DNA from: a virus
IMG/VR virus record: IMGVR_UViG_3300010273_000002
Coordinates: 1 to 42,047 of that record
DNA: 42,047 nucleotides
Strand: one strand, 5' to 3'
The notes beneath the pieces were generated by a model. It did no database searches. It was given only the letters and a program-made list of their open reading frames with translations, and had not been told where the DNA came from. Numbering within the stretch: the stretch's first letter is position 1; the number at the start of each line of letters is the position of its first letter. Below are positions 1 to 7,654 of this stretch, in pieces. The position numbers and the translations under genes are program-made.

Positions 1-123
1 GCGGCGAGCATCGCCGGCAGTTCGCTCTCATCCGGCTGGCCGGTCCTCGTGAAGCCGATCTTCTCGATGTGCGCGTAGAAGATCGGCTCCTCCTGCACCA
101 CGGATGGATCGGGCTTTCTGTAC
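1..123. repeat. Terminal overlap: bases 1-123 are identical to 41925-42047
   Basis: Base-by-base comparison of both window ends. The minus-strand ORF is in the same frame on both copies. Confidence 0.95.
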
Positions 124-2099
124 AGATAGAGGAGCGAAGTCTTTGCGGTCGTTCGCGCCTGGTACCAGAACGCGTCGCGGCAGAAGCTAAAGATGGCTTT
201 GATGAAGTAGTAGTTCCGGATGAACCGCCGGGTGGCAGCATACTCCGGGGTGTTCAGGATCGCCTCGTCAACGATGATCGCTACGCGACCGCCCCGCCAC
301 TCCTCCACCTCACCCGCGTCCCGAACAAGCTTCAGGTAATCGCGGATTGCAGCAAGGAAGAGGGCCCCTCCCTTCGCCGTCGTCCCGAGGACCTTATATG
401 TGGCCGGACCGCTCTTCAGGGCCGCATCGGCTGCGGCCTTCTTCTCTCGATGGTGCTCGAGGAAGCGCTCGGCATTTGCCTTCCCGCGCTCGTCACCCTC
501 CCGGATAGCCTGCTCGTAGCGCTTGCGCCACTCCTCGATCTTCTTCTCCGCTGCTCGTATGGTGGCTTCCTCGAGGAATTCGCCCGGAAGCAGCGGGAAG
601 CGCCGTTCCATCCACTCATCGGGATCGCGCACTTCCGAGGCCTTCCGCTCCACAAGATCGGCCGCGTACGCTCGGTAGCTCATATCGCCGAGAGGCGGAT
701 TCGTGAGGCACACGTCGATCTGATCCTTGATGGTTCCCTTCCGGCCCGGGAAGACCTCTAGATCTGCCAAGAACAGCCCGTTCTCGTGACGGATATTCGA
801 CTTGCCGTCGCCGTGGATGTACATGTTCATCTTCGCGATCGTCACGATCCACTCGTCGGCGTCAGTTCCGAGAAGCTGCGTCGCATGGATCGACTCGATC
901 ACGTCCTCGGGTCGCTTCCCGCTGACTTCCTCGGCGCGGTCCCGCATGGCCTCCATGCTGAACGTTAGAAAGCGGCCGGTCCCGGCTGCCGGATCCAGGA
1001 CGACTTCCTCCGGCCCTGGGCGAGCGATATCGACAGCGAAGCGGACGATAGGCTCCGGGGTGAAAAATTGGCCGATTCTCGTGTCCTTCTCCGCCCGGCG
1101 CGCGATTGCCTCGAAGACGGCACCGAGGGCGTCGAGATGGGTTCCTCGGAATCGGTAACGGTCGAGCACGGGCAAAATTCTTTCTCCCACGAGCTCGTCA
1201 TTTATCTGACGCGGCAGGACGACTCCGTCGAGGATCCCGGCACTCTCAATATCGGGGTCGAGGCCGATCTCCTTCTCGAGCAGATGCTGGAGGGTCCGGT
1301 CCTTGTAGGCCTTGCGATCGTGCGCTGAGAGGGAGCGCTTGTACTCGGCAAATCCTTCTTGAGTAAAGCGATTCTCCTGGCCCCGCGCTTCCCGCTTCTC
1401 CTCGTACAGTTTCACGAACATGATATAGACGAGCGCCTTCATCGCGGCGATCCCGGTCACGTTCCGGTGCCGCAGAAGATTCTCGAGTCGTTGGATGTCG
1501 CTGCGGAGAGCCTCCTGTTCGAGCTGGGCGCGTTGACGTACCCTCGCGGCAACGAAGCCACGCATGAGGTCGTCCTCGGCGAAGACCGTCTCTTGGAGCT
1601 TCTCGAGCGCCATGATATCGTCGCCGATCTCCTCCCACTTCTCGAACCACGCGTCCCACCGTTCAGCGGGGAAACGGTCTTTCGACGTTTGCGCGAGGCG
1701 CTTCAGCACCGGTTCAAGGGACCGCAGGTCGAGAAAGAGGGAGCGGCCTTTGCGCCCATCTGCGGCGCGGGTACTGTTCTCCTCCCTTACGGCGCGAATG
1801 ATTCGGTCTGGCGTGGCCCAGCAGGAGAATAGGAGGTGCGCGGGCTTCCCGGCCTCTCGCTCGATCAACTCGCGGTGGTCGCGGATGGCGAGGTATTCGC
1901 TGGCCGCGTCGGCGCCGCTCCGCGAGGCTACCTCCACCACGATCACGAAGTCGTCGAGCTCGATCACGCCATCCGGCCGACCGGGGCGCCCATCGTGGAC
2001 GACCCTGGCTCCGCGTTTCTGGAGCGCAGCGGCGAAGTCATCGATGACCGCCTTCTCAAGCTCGAACGGATCCAGACTTCTGTACCGTGATTCGTTCAT
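1..2099 (-). CDS. Type IIG-like restriction-modification enzyme / gamma-class N6-adenine DNA methyltransferase, first 699 codons. It continues in frame at 41108-41924 through the terminal overlap, about 971 aa in total.
   Basis: My own translation from ATG 2099-2097 is open to base 1. It is missing from the ORF track only because it has no stop inside the window. Motif I VVLDPAAGTGRFL lies at 966-1004 and motif IV TNPPLG has NPPL at 690-701. There is an HsdM-N-like helical region (LRHRNVTGIAAMKALVYIMFVKLYEE) and an N-terminal PDGVIELDDFVIVVEVASR patch reminiscent of PD-(D/E)xK. Confidence 0.8.
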   Translation of the reverse strand, partial: MNESRYRSLDPFELEKAVIDDFAAALQKRGARVVHDGRPGRPDGVIELDDFVIVVEVASRSGADAASEYLAIRDHRELIEREAGKPAHLLFSCWATPDRIIRAVREENSTRAADGRKGRSLFLDLRSLEPVLKRLAQTSKDRFPAERWDAWFEKWEEIGDDIMALEKLQETVFAEDDLMRGFVAARVRQRAQLEQEALRSDIQRLENLLRHRNVTGIAAMKALVYIMFVKLYEEKREARGQENRFTQEGFAEYKRSLSAHDRKAYKDRTLQHLLEKEIGLDPDIESAGILDGVVLPRQINDELVGERILPVLDRYRFRGTHLDALGAVFEAIARRAEKDTRIGQFFTPEPIVRFAVDIARPGPEEVVLDPAAGTGRFLTFSMEAMRDRAEEVSGKRPEDVIESIHATQLLGTDADEWIVTIAKMNMYIHGDGKSNIRHENGLFLADLEVFPGRKGTIKDQIDVCLTNPPLGDMSYRAYAADLVERKASEVRDPDEWMERRFPLLPGEFLEEATIRAAEKKIEEWRKRYEQAIREGDERGKANAERFLEHHREKKAAADAALKSGPATYKVLGTTAKGGALFLAAIRDYLKLVRDAGEVEEWRGGRVAIIVDEAILNTPEYAATRRFIRNYYFIKAIFSFCRDAFWYQARTTAKTSLLYLYRKPDPSVVQEEPIFYAHIEKIGFTRTGQPDESELPAMLA

Positions 2100-2322
2100 G
2101 GGATTGCGCTGTTGCTTCCAACGCAGTGGACACTGCCGTCCAGGCTATCTGTCCGGGCACCGATCGGAAGCGCCCACGCCGATGAATGTCCGGCGTGGCT
2201 TCGGGTAACGTGCGATTTCAGGCCGATTTGAGTATTCTGTCGGCCGTGGCGGTGGCGAGCCGGGGTGGTGTCATACTACGCGCCGGAAGAGCCCAACTGC
2301 AAGGCGGGCAGCACCGGGAGTT

Positions 2323-2410
2323 GCTCACGGCCTCCCCTTGCCCGTCAACAGCCAGTGGCCATCGACGCCGAGGATCTTGGGCAATCGGATCATGTACTTG
2401 CCGCCCGGCA
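2323..2410. repeat. Imperfect direct repeat copy A (3' end of the HTH gene); partner at 40751-40838
   Basis: Hand alignment gives about 72 of 88 identical positions in the same orientation. Confidence 0.8.
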
Positions 2411-2600
2411 TTGCCCGGCGCGCGAACCAGGGGTGCACCGTCCCCGGCGAGGTCTCGAGGAGCTGCGCGAGGCGCCACGGGCCGATGCCGCGGGCCTCGC
2501 AGATCCGCAGGAAGCGGTCGAAGAACGCCTCCTCCTCCGGGGTCCACTCCGGCGCGTCGGTCTGCTTGCGGCGCCGGCCGCCAGACTGGATCAAGAGCAC
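2325..2600 (-). CDS. Small XRE/Cro-type HTH protein (~91 aa), a possible controller of the downstream R-M gene
   Basis: HTH-like GIGPWRLAQLLETSPGTVHPWFARR and the typical C-terminal tail HWLLTGKG. G/C at third codon positions is near 100% up to about 2598 and drops beyond, so the start is GTG 2600 or TTG 2594. That start overlaps the stop of the upstream gene. Confidence 0.7.
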   Translation of the reverse strand: MLLIQSGGRRRKQTDAPEWTPEEEAFFDRFLRICEARGIGPWRLAQLLETSPGTVHPWFARRAMPGGKYMIRLPKILGVDGHWLLTGKGRP

Positions 2601-3211
2601 GATCCTCTGACGCCGAACCCGCGCTCCTCGAGGGCGGCCTCGAGCTCGCCAGCGAGCGTTCCAATCGCCCCGCCCCTGGCAATGATCTCGCCATCCAGGG
2701 TCGCCACCCAGCCGGGATCGCCGGGGCGGTTGTCGCAGACCGGGCAGACGAACCGCCAGTCGATGTCGTGCCCGAGCTGCGCGAGTGTGTCGCGTGTACG
2801 GCAGAGATCGCGCCTCGCTCGATCTCCCTGGCACTGATGCCAGGTTCGGTGCACACGCCCGGTTACGGGAGAGATGAAGGCAAAGTCAGCGGCGGTGAGA
2901 TTCTTTGAACCCGGCTTGACGATCACACATCCGTGCATGATGCCGAAGGTGGCGTAGAAGTCTCCCTCCATCGATCCACCCTCGAACGTGATGCCGGCGT
3001 CCGGCTCGCCAACGCCGGCGATCGTGATCCGGAGCGACTCTCCGATCTGGTAGACACAATCTATCGAGCCGGTCTCGGACTGCTGCGTGCACGCCATGCC
3101 TTTGACCACGGCGTCGTAGGTTGCTTGCAGGTCGATCGCTGTCGCCTGGCCGTAAGCGCTGCAAGGGAGCCCCAGGACCAGGACGATGGCCAGTGTAGAG
3201 GATAGGCGCAT
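2591..3211 (-). CDS. Hypothetical protein with an N-terminal signal peptide or membrane anchor and a Cys-rich C-terminal half
   Basis: N-terminus MRLSSTLAIVLVLGLPCSAYG-QA has n/h/c regions. The C-terminal part contains CQ..C..CPVC. The 5' two-thirds is visibly lower in GC than its neighbours. Confidence 0.6.
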   Translation of the reverse strand: MRLSSTLAIVLVLGLPCSAYGQATAIDLQATYDAVVKGMACTQQSETGSIDCVYQIGESLRITIAGVGEPDAGITFEGGSMEGDFYATFGIMHGCVIVKPGSKNLTAADFAFISPVTGRVHRTWHQCQGDRARRDLCRTRDTLAQLGHDIDWRFVCPVCDNRPGDPGWVATLDGEIIARGGAIGTLAGELEAALEERGFGVRGSCS

Positions 3212-3241
3212 TTTGTATATCGCCCCCTGTTAGAGTACCGG

Positions 3242-3802
3242 TCAGATCCCGTGCTCTCGGTACAGCCTGAGCCGGAGAACAGATCGATCATCCACCCGCG
3301 CCCACGGCCAGTCGGGGCCCCACCGTGCCCTGATCTCCGCCTCGATCTCGGCTCTGATGTCCCGCCAACTCAGCCGCGCGCGCCGAAGCGTCTCGATGAG
3401 ACGACCGGGGATCAGGTCCGCCAGCGCGAATAAGTCTGCGACCCGCTCTTCCCACGTCAGGTAGCCCCGATCGGCTAAGGTGATCCAGTCATCGGCATCG
3501 CCGTTGAGGACGTGCCCGAGCTCGTGGCGGATCACGAAAAGCCTCTCCTCGACAGACAGATCCACACGGATACCGATCCGGTAGTAGCCTGCGATCGGTA
3601 CGAGCGCCATCGCCTTCGCCCCCGTCGCGCCGCGCACGAAGTAGACGCGGCATGTGGCACGACGGAGGAGATTGGAGATTTCGGCTGTGTAGGCCGGAAT
3701 CGGCCCGTGGGCGTAGCGGGGCTCGATCCGCTGGGCAGACCTGACGAGCTCCACCACGTTCCTGATTAACGCGGTGTCAGAGCTTTCCTTGCCGAATCTC
3801 AT
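3242..3802 (-). CDS. ImmA/IrrE-family (COG2856-like) zinc metallopeptidase
   Basis: HEXXH in FVIRHELGHVLNGD. It sits immediately downstream of, and overlaps, an XRE HTH gene, the classic repressor/anti-repressor-protease pairing. Confidence 0.75.
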   Translation of the reverse strand: MRFGKESSDTALIRNVVELVRSAQRIEPRYAHGPIPAYTAEISNLLRRATCRVYFVRGATGAKAMALVPIAGYYRIGIRVDLSVEERLFVIRHELGHVLNGDADDWITLADRGYLTWEERVADLFALADLIPGRLIETLRRARLSWRDIRAEIEAEIRARWGPDWPWARVDDRSVLRLRLYREHGI

Positions 3803-4190
3803 CCTCGGCGTCGAGGAGATGCTGAATCGGGAACCGCTTACCTTCTCTGCGTAGTTCCTCGGCCACCTGCTGCAGCAAGCGTACGAGGAACAATTTGTCG
3901 TCGGCCCGCTCGCCTGGGCCGCCCATGTCGGTCAGCGTACGGTAGAGGGCCGCCTTGCTCCGGAGGAGGCTCTCGGCGCCGCTGGCTGCGGCGTCTTCGT
4001 GCCGGCGCTGTTCCAGGTATCGCGCGATCGCCCTACGCGTACCCGGATACAAGCGTTTCCACTGGCCCCGACGCCAACGGGCAACGGTCTCGTGACTCAG
4101 GCCGATCTCGCGAGCGGCATCGTGGGCGCTCATCTCCCGCGTCGCCTCCACGAAGGCCTCTACCAAGTCCCTATCCTCTTGTCGTGACAA
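3777..4190 (-). CDS. XRE-family phage repressor (CI-like); start uncertain (TTG 4190 or ATG 4133)
   Basis: HTH LVEAFVEATREMSAHDAAREIGLSHETVARWRRGQ. It is divergent from the early operon across an operator-rich region. Confidence 0.7.
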   Translation of the reverse strand: MSRQEDRDLVEAFVEATREMSAHDAAREIGLSHETVARWRRGQWKRLYPGTRRAIARYLEQRRHEDAAASGAESLLRSKAALYRTLTDMGGPGERADDKLFLVRLLQQVAEELRREGKRFPIQHLLDAEDEIRQGKL

Positions 4191-4279
4191 CTTTTGCGGA
4201 CAACTCTTGACGAGTCGTGAAGGTTGTGCTAAAGTTGTGTCGAGTCGTGACGATCGTGAATCCAAGTTAAGAGTCGTGA
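4181..4279. promoter_or_regulatory. Divergent immunity-region control region: repeated operators plus a rightward sigma70-like promoter
   Basis: GTCGTGA occurs at 4181, 4214, 4244 and 4273, three of them as GAGTCGTGA, with variant ATCGTGA at 4253. ACAACT at 4187 and 4200 faces GGTTGT/AGTTGT at 4222 and 4233. TTGACG (4207-4212) is followed by a 17-nt spacer and TAAAGT (4230-4235). Confidence 0.55.
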
Positions 4280-4281
4280 AC

Positions 4282-4557
4282 ATGGCGAGCAATAGGGTCG
4301 AGGATCGTCTGCTGACCGTCGCCGACGTGGCGGAATACCTCGGATTGTCGGTCGGCACGATCTACAACAAGGTGTCCGCCGGCGAGATCCCACACATCCG
4401 CCTCGGCCGTACGCTCCGGTTCCGTCTCTCTGAAATCGATGCCTGGATCGCCGAGCAGGACGCAGCCCGCAAGGCGAGGCTCGATGAGGCCGGCCGGGGA
4501 AAAGACGGCGCCGCTGAATTAGGCGGCATCGCCGCACCCCTCGCCCGTACGGCCTGA
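4282..4557 (+). CDS. Excisionase/AlpA-type (HTH_17-like) DNA-binding protein, first gene of the early operon
   Basis: LLTVADVAEYLGLSVGTIYNKVSAGEIPHIRLGRTLRFRLSEIDAWI matches the Xis/MerR-like winged-HTH pattern. Confidence 0.7.
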   Translation: MASNRVEDRLLTVADVAEYLGLSVGTIYNKVSAGEIPHIRLGRTLRFRLSEIDAWIAEQDAARKARLDEAGRGKDGAAELGGIAAPLARTA

Positions 4558-4563
4558 CCTATC

Positions 4564-4821
4564 ATGGCCACCCTCGCGATGCCCCCTGTTGCCGAGATCG
4601 ACGAGCACGCCCGCGCCGTGCGGTCGCGCATCGACGAGATCGACGGCCAGCTCGCGGACCTCCTCGCGCGAATCGATGCCCTCAGCCGCGAGGTCGCGCT
4701 CCTACGGCACGCCCGCGCAGCGCAGGAGCAGGTGCTGGGCACCCTCGACGAGTGGCGGGCGATCGAGGCTGGTGGAGCTCGCGCGAGGTCCATGGCGGAC
4801 AAGCATATGGAGGCACCATGA
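4564..4821 (+). CDS. Hypothetical coiled-coil protein
   Basis: High G/C at third codon positions. The stop is coupled (ATGA) to the next gene. Confidence 0.5.
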   Translation: MATLAMPPVAEIDEHARAVRSRIDEIDGQLADLLARIDALSREVALLRHARAAQEQVLGTLDEWRAIEAGGARARSMADKHMEAP

Positions 4822-5294
4822 AAACCTCCAAGCAATCCACCGCAGCGGAATTGCTGATCGCGCGCCGGCGGCGCCTGTCGCACGCGGCGCTTTGGCGGCG
4901 AGCATGCCCCGAGCTCGAGACGCTACCGAAGCGACTGCGCTTCAGGCTGTGCCGCTGGCGGAGCGGCGCAATGCCCGCAGCCACCCAGGACATCGAGGAA
5001 TTCTTCGCGTCACAGGCGGGTATACCCGGCGCCGCCGCGCGTACACGGCTCATCCTCGAGCGGCTGGAAGACTGTTGGGATGAGCACTTCGGCTCCATCC
5101 ACCTCTCGCTCGATGATGCCTTCCGCGCGGAGCAACTCGCGGACGGCGCGGAGGACGTAGTGCAGCTGCGCGCCGCGGCCGATGAGGCGGCGCTCATGGC
5201 GTGGGTCGAGGAATCGGAGGAGCACGCGGCACGTGCGCGGGTGGCAAGGGCAGTCGTGCGGCGCAGAATCTTTCGTCCGGGGCTCGCGTCATGA
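4818..5294 (+). CDS. Hypothetical protein
   Basis: GGAGG lies 5 nt upstream of ATG 4818. There are ATGA overlaps at both ends. Confidence 0.55.
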   Translation: MKTSKQSTAAELLIARRRRLSHAALWRRACPELETLPKRLRFRLCRWRSGAMPAATQDIEEFFASQAGIPGAAARTRLILERLEDCWDEHFGSIHLSLDDAFRAEQLADGAEDVVQLRAAADEAALMAWVEESEEHAARARVARAVVRRRIFRPGLAS

Positions 5295-5677
5295 GCGCCG
5301 ATCTCGTGTTCATCGTCGCCTACGCGGCGTGTGTGTTTGGGCTGCCGCTCGGCCTCGAGCGGCTCACGCGCTCACGCCGCGCTCCCGCCCCCACGCCGCC
5401 GCTGCCATCTGCGATCGGTCACCTCGGCCCCGATGCCTCGGAGCTGCCCCACCAGCGCGCCAACTGCCCCGGGCACTGGCAGATCGACACGGGAAGCCTG
5501 GTCGCGTGGTGCGACGGCTGCGGCGCGCGCCTCTCCTACGAGCACGACGACCGGGTCCTCCACCTGGTGCTGGAGGATGTGCGCCTACGGTCGATCCTCG
5601 CCGACATCGAAGCCGCCGGCGGCGAGGTCACGATCATCCCTGGCCGATCCGGCCGTGAGCACGGGAGGGCGGCATGA
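5291..5677 (+). CDS. Hypothetical protein with an N-terminal hydrophobic segment and a Cys cluster (CPGHW..WCDGCG)
   Basis: ATGA start/stop coupling and the track frame. Confidence 0.5.
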   Translation: MSADLVFIVAYAACVFGLPLGLERLTRSRRAPAPTPPLPSAIGHLGPDASELPHQRANCPGHWQIDTGSLVAWCDGCGARLSYEHDDRVLHLVLEDVRLRSILADIEAAGGEVTIIPGRSGREHGRAA

Positions 5678-5844
5678 AGAACCCCGGCAGGCTCATGGAC
5701 TGGCGGCGCGTGCTGGTGGGGCCGCTCGGCGGCCAAGGCTGGAGTCACACACAGGCGTACACCACGACGCACGGGGACAGCGGCCACGTCGGTTCACGCG
5801 AGCGGCTCGCGGCCCTCGCCGCCGCCGGGGAGGCGAGGCAATGA
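5674..5844 (+). CDS. Hypothetical small protein (56 aa, below the track cutoff)
   Basis: My own translation gives MKNPGRLMDWRRVLVGPLGGQGW... GGGAGGG lies upstream and there are ATGA overlaps at both ends. Confidence 0.4.
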   Translation: MKNPGRLMDWRRVLVGPLGGQGWSHTQAYTTTHGDSGHVGSRERLAALAAAGEARQ

Positions 5845-6008
5845 ACGCCGCCAACGTGGTGCTCTCCGTGGTCGGAGGCGCGGTCGCGGTGGCGGTCCTC
5901 GCGATCGGCTGCGCGATCGCGTGGCCGCAGATCGTGCACTACCGGCAGCGGAAGCAGTTCGAGCGGGAGTACGTGGAGCGCCAGCGCGCCCTGCGCGCAC
6001 TGCGCTGA
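5841..6008 (+). CDS. Small single-pass membrane protein (55 aa)
   Basis: GGAGG lies upstream of ATG 5841. TM segment VVLSVVGGAVAVAVLAIGCAIAW. Confidence 0.5.
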   Translation: MNAANVVLSVVGGAVAVAVLAIGCAIAWPQIVHYRQRKQFEREYVERQRALRALR

Positions 6009-6023
6009 GGGTGGGAAGCACAA

Positions 6024-6088
6024 CGCCCTCGATCCGCTCGCGTCTGCCAGGACCGCGGATCGAGGGCACCGGACCCGGGCGAACCCGG
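6024..6088 (+). terminator. Two stem-loops between the small-gene cluster and the exonuclease gene (attenuator or terminator candidate, no U tract)
   Basis: A perfect 13-bp inverted repeat, GCCCTCGATCCGC (6024-6036) / GCGGATCGAGGGC (6054-6066). A second hairpin CCCGGG-CGAA-CCCGGG lies at 6073-6088. Confidence 0.4.
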
Positions 6089-6116
6089 GAACTGATCTCA
6101 ATCTAGGAAGTCTCCC

Positions 6117-7181
6117 ATGGCCACACAAGTGAAGGAGCTGTTCGCTGCGGGCAGGCTCGGTCCGGAGGACCGGGAGGGTTGGCTTGCGCTCCGCCGCCAG
6201 GGGATCGGGGGGAGCGATGTCGCGGCCATCTGCGGGCTCGACCCCTACGGTCGCACGGCCGCGGACGTCTACGACGAGAAGGTCGGGGCCGTGGCGGACC
6301 GGCAGCCGACGCCCGCGATGCAGCGGGGCGCTCTCCTGGAGCCCGTCGCGGCGGCGATTTACGCCGAGCGGACCGGCCGGACCCTCCGGCGCCAGCCGCT
6401 CCGGCGCCACCCCGAGCATGAGTGGATGATCGGCAACGTCGACCGGCAGATCCTGGCGGGGCACGGCGGCGTGACGAGCACCGGCGTCCTCGAGGTGAAA
6501 TGCCCGGGGATCCGCCAATTCGCAAAGGTGAAGGCGAATGGTCTCCCCGAGGCGTGGATCCTCCAGATCCAGCACTATCTCGCCGTCTACGGCTACTCCT
6601 GGGGCTCTTTCGCGGTCTTCAACGCGGAGGCCTGGGAGCTGATCCACTTCGACATCGAGGCGGACGCCGCCCTGATCGAGCGGCTCATCGAGATCGAGCA
6701 CGACTTCTGGCACAACCACGTCCTCGCCGGCGTGCGGCCGGAGCCTGCGCCGGTGGAGCTCCCCAAGCTGCCCGAGGTGTCGGGCCAGGTCGTGACGCGC
6801 GACGACCCCGAGTGGGCGGACGCGATCGCCATGCTCGCCGAGGCGAAGGAGTTCAAGGCGAGCGCGGAGGAGATCGAGGCCGCGGCGAAGGAGCGGATCC
6901 AGGCGCTCGCCGGCGGCTACGGCGTCTTCGAAGGCGCCGGCGCTCGGGTCTACTGGCGCATGATGCCCGGCCGGAAGTCGTTCGACAAGCGAGCGCTCGC
7001 CGCGGCCCGGCCGCTCAACCGCGTTCTCGTCCGCCAGGCGCTCTTCGACCGGGGCATCTCGGCGACCGAGGCCGACCTCATTCTCGACGGGTGCGAGCTC
7101 GACCTCGAGCTCTTCGAGAAGGCCGGGAGCCCCTACGCGGAGTTCCGGGCCTACTTCCTCACCGGCGCGGGGGAGGAGTGA
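6117..7181 (+). CDS. YqaJ/lambda-Exo-like PD-(D/E)xK recombination exonuclease
   Basis: GIGGSDVAAICGLDPYGRTAADVY..MQRGALLEPVA..GVLEVKCP matches the YqaJ viral recombinase pattern. It is paired with RecT. Confidence 0.8.
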   Translation: MATQVKELFAAGRLGPEDREGWLALRRQGIGGSDVAAICGLDPYGRTAADVYDEKVGAVADRQPTPAMQRGALLEPVAAAIYAERTGRTLRRQPLRRHPEHEWMIGNVDRQILAGHGGVTSTGVLEVKCPGIRQFAKVKANGLPEAWILQIQHYLAVYGYSWGSFAVFNAEAWELIHFDIEADAALIERLIEIEHDFWHNHVLAGVRPEPAPVELPKLPEVSGQVVTRDDPEWADAIAMLAEAKEFKASAEEIEAAAKERIQALAGGYGVFEGAGARVYWRMMPGRKSFDKRALAAARPLNRVLVRQALFDRGISATEADLILDGCELDLELFEKAGSPYAEFRAYFLTGAGEE

Positions 7182-7185
7182 TTCG

Positions 7186-7341
7186 ATGGACACGCTGATG
7201 GTTCTCATCGACACGTTCGAGCGCGCCGTGCTGGATCTGGCGGCGGAGCGAGCGCGTGGCAACAGCGGTGATTGGGAGTACCGACAGGTAGACCGCGTGA
7301 AAGCCGCCATCATCGATCACGAGGAGGCCGCCCATGCGTAA
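7186..7341 (+). CDS. Hypothetical small protein (51 aa)
   Basis: My own translation gives MDTLMVLIDTFERAVLDLAAERARG... GGAGGAG lies upstream. Confidence 0.4.
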   Translation: MDTLMVLIDTFERAVLDLAAERARGNSGDWEYRQVDRVKAAIIDHEEAAHA

Positions 7342-7654
7342 CCCCGTGCGCGCCTGGCTCCGCCGGAGCCTCGTCGGTGGCGAATACCTCGGCCACCTCT
7401 TCACCGGGCGGGAGGGCACCCCGAGCGAGACGCCAGTGCTCGTGGTGTCCCTCACCGAGGAGGCCGTCAACCAGACCTACGACCGCCTGGCGCTCGCCTT
7501 CGCCGGCCGGGCCGACCGCTACGAGCTGGCGAGCCTCGCGCTCGACGTGCTCGGGATCCGGCCGGTCCGGCGGCCCGAGGCGCCGGCGGCCACCGTGCTC
7601 ACGATCGGGGACGACCGGGTCCTCGAGGAGTTCCTGGAGGTGGTGAATGAGTAA
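7334..7654 (+). CDS. Hypothetical protein
   Basis: GAGGAGG lies upstream. It overlaps both neighbours by 8 nt. Confidence 0.5.
   Translation: MRNPVRAWLRRSLVGGEYLGHLFTGREGTPSETPVLVVSLTEEAVNQTYDRLALAFAGRADRYELASLALDVLGIRPVRRPEAPAATVLTIGDDRVLEEFLEVVNE

Noticed and set aside
1-123. Genuine T7-like direct terminal repeats marking physical genome ends
   Set aside because: The repeat lies in the middle of a continuous 971-codon ORF. It is more consistent with an assembly overlap of a circular or permuted genome.
2338-2610. Plus-strand ORF MPVNSQWPSTPRILG..., with its look-alike start at 40766
   Set aside because: At 2338 it is the mirror frame of the clear minus-strand HTH gene and shares its third positions. 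The similarity of the two plus ORFs merely reflects the 88-bp DNA repeat. At 40766 only the part downstream of the repeat is kept, as a tentative gene.
5745-7313. 522-aa minus-strand ORF, with similar long antisense ORFs at 13836-15836, 24951-26378, 29470-30996, 31677-32852, 36054-37430 and 7599-8723
   Set aside because: Their products are Arg/Pro/Gly/Ala-rich low complexity. They lie opposite plus-strand genes with clear motifs (YqaJ, DnaC-like, capsid, LamG). These are the stop-poor antisense frames expected in high-GC DNA.
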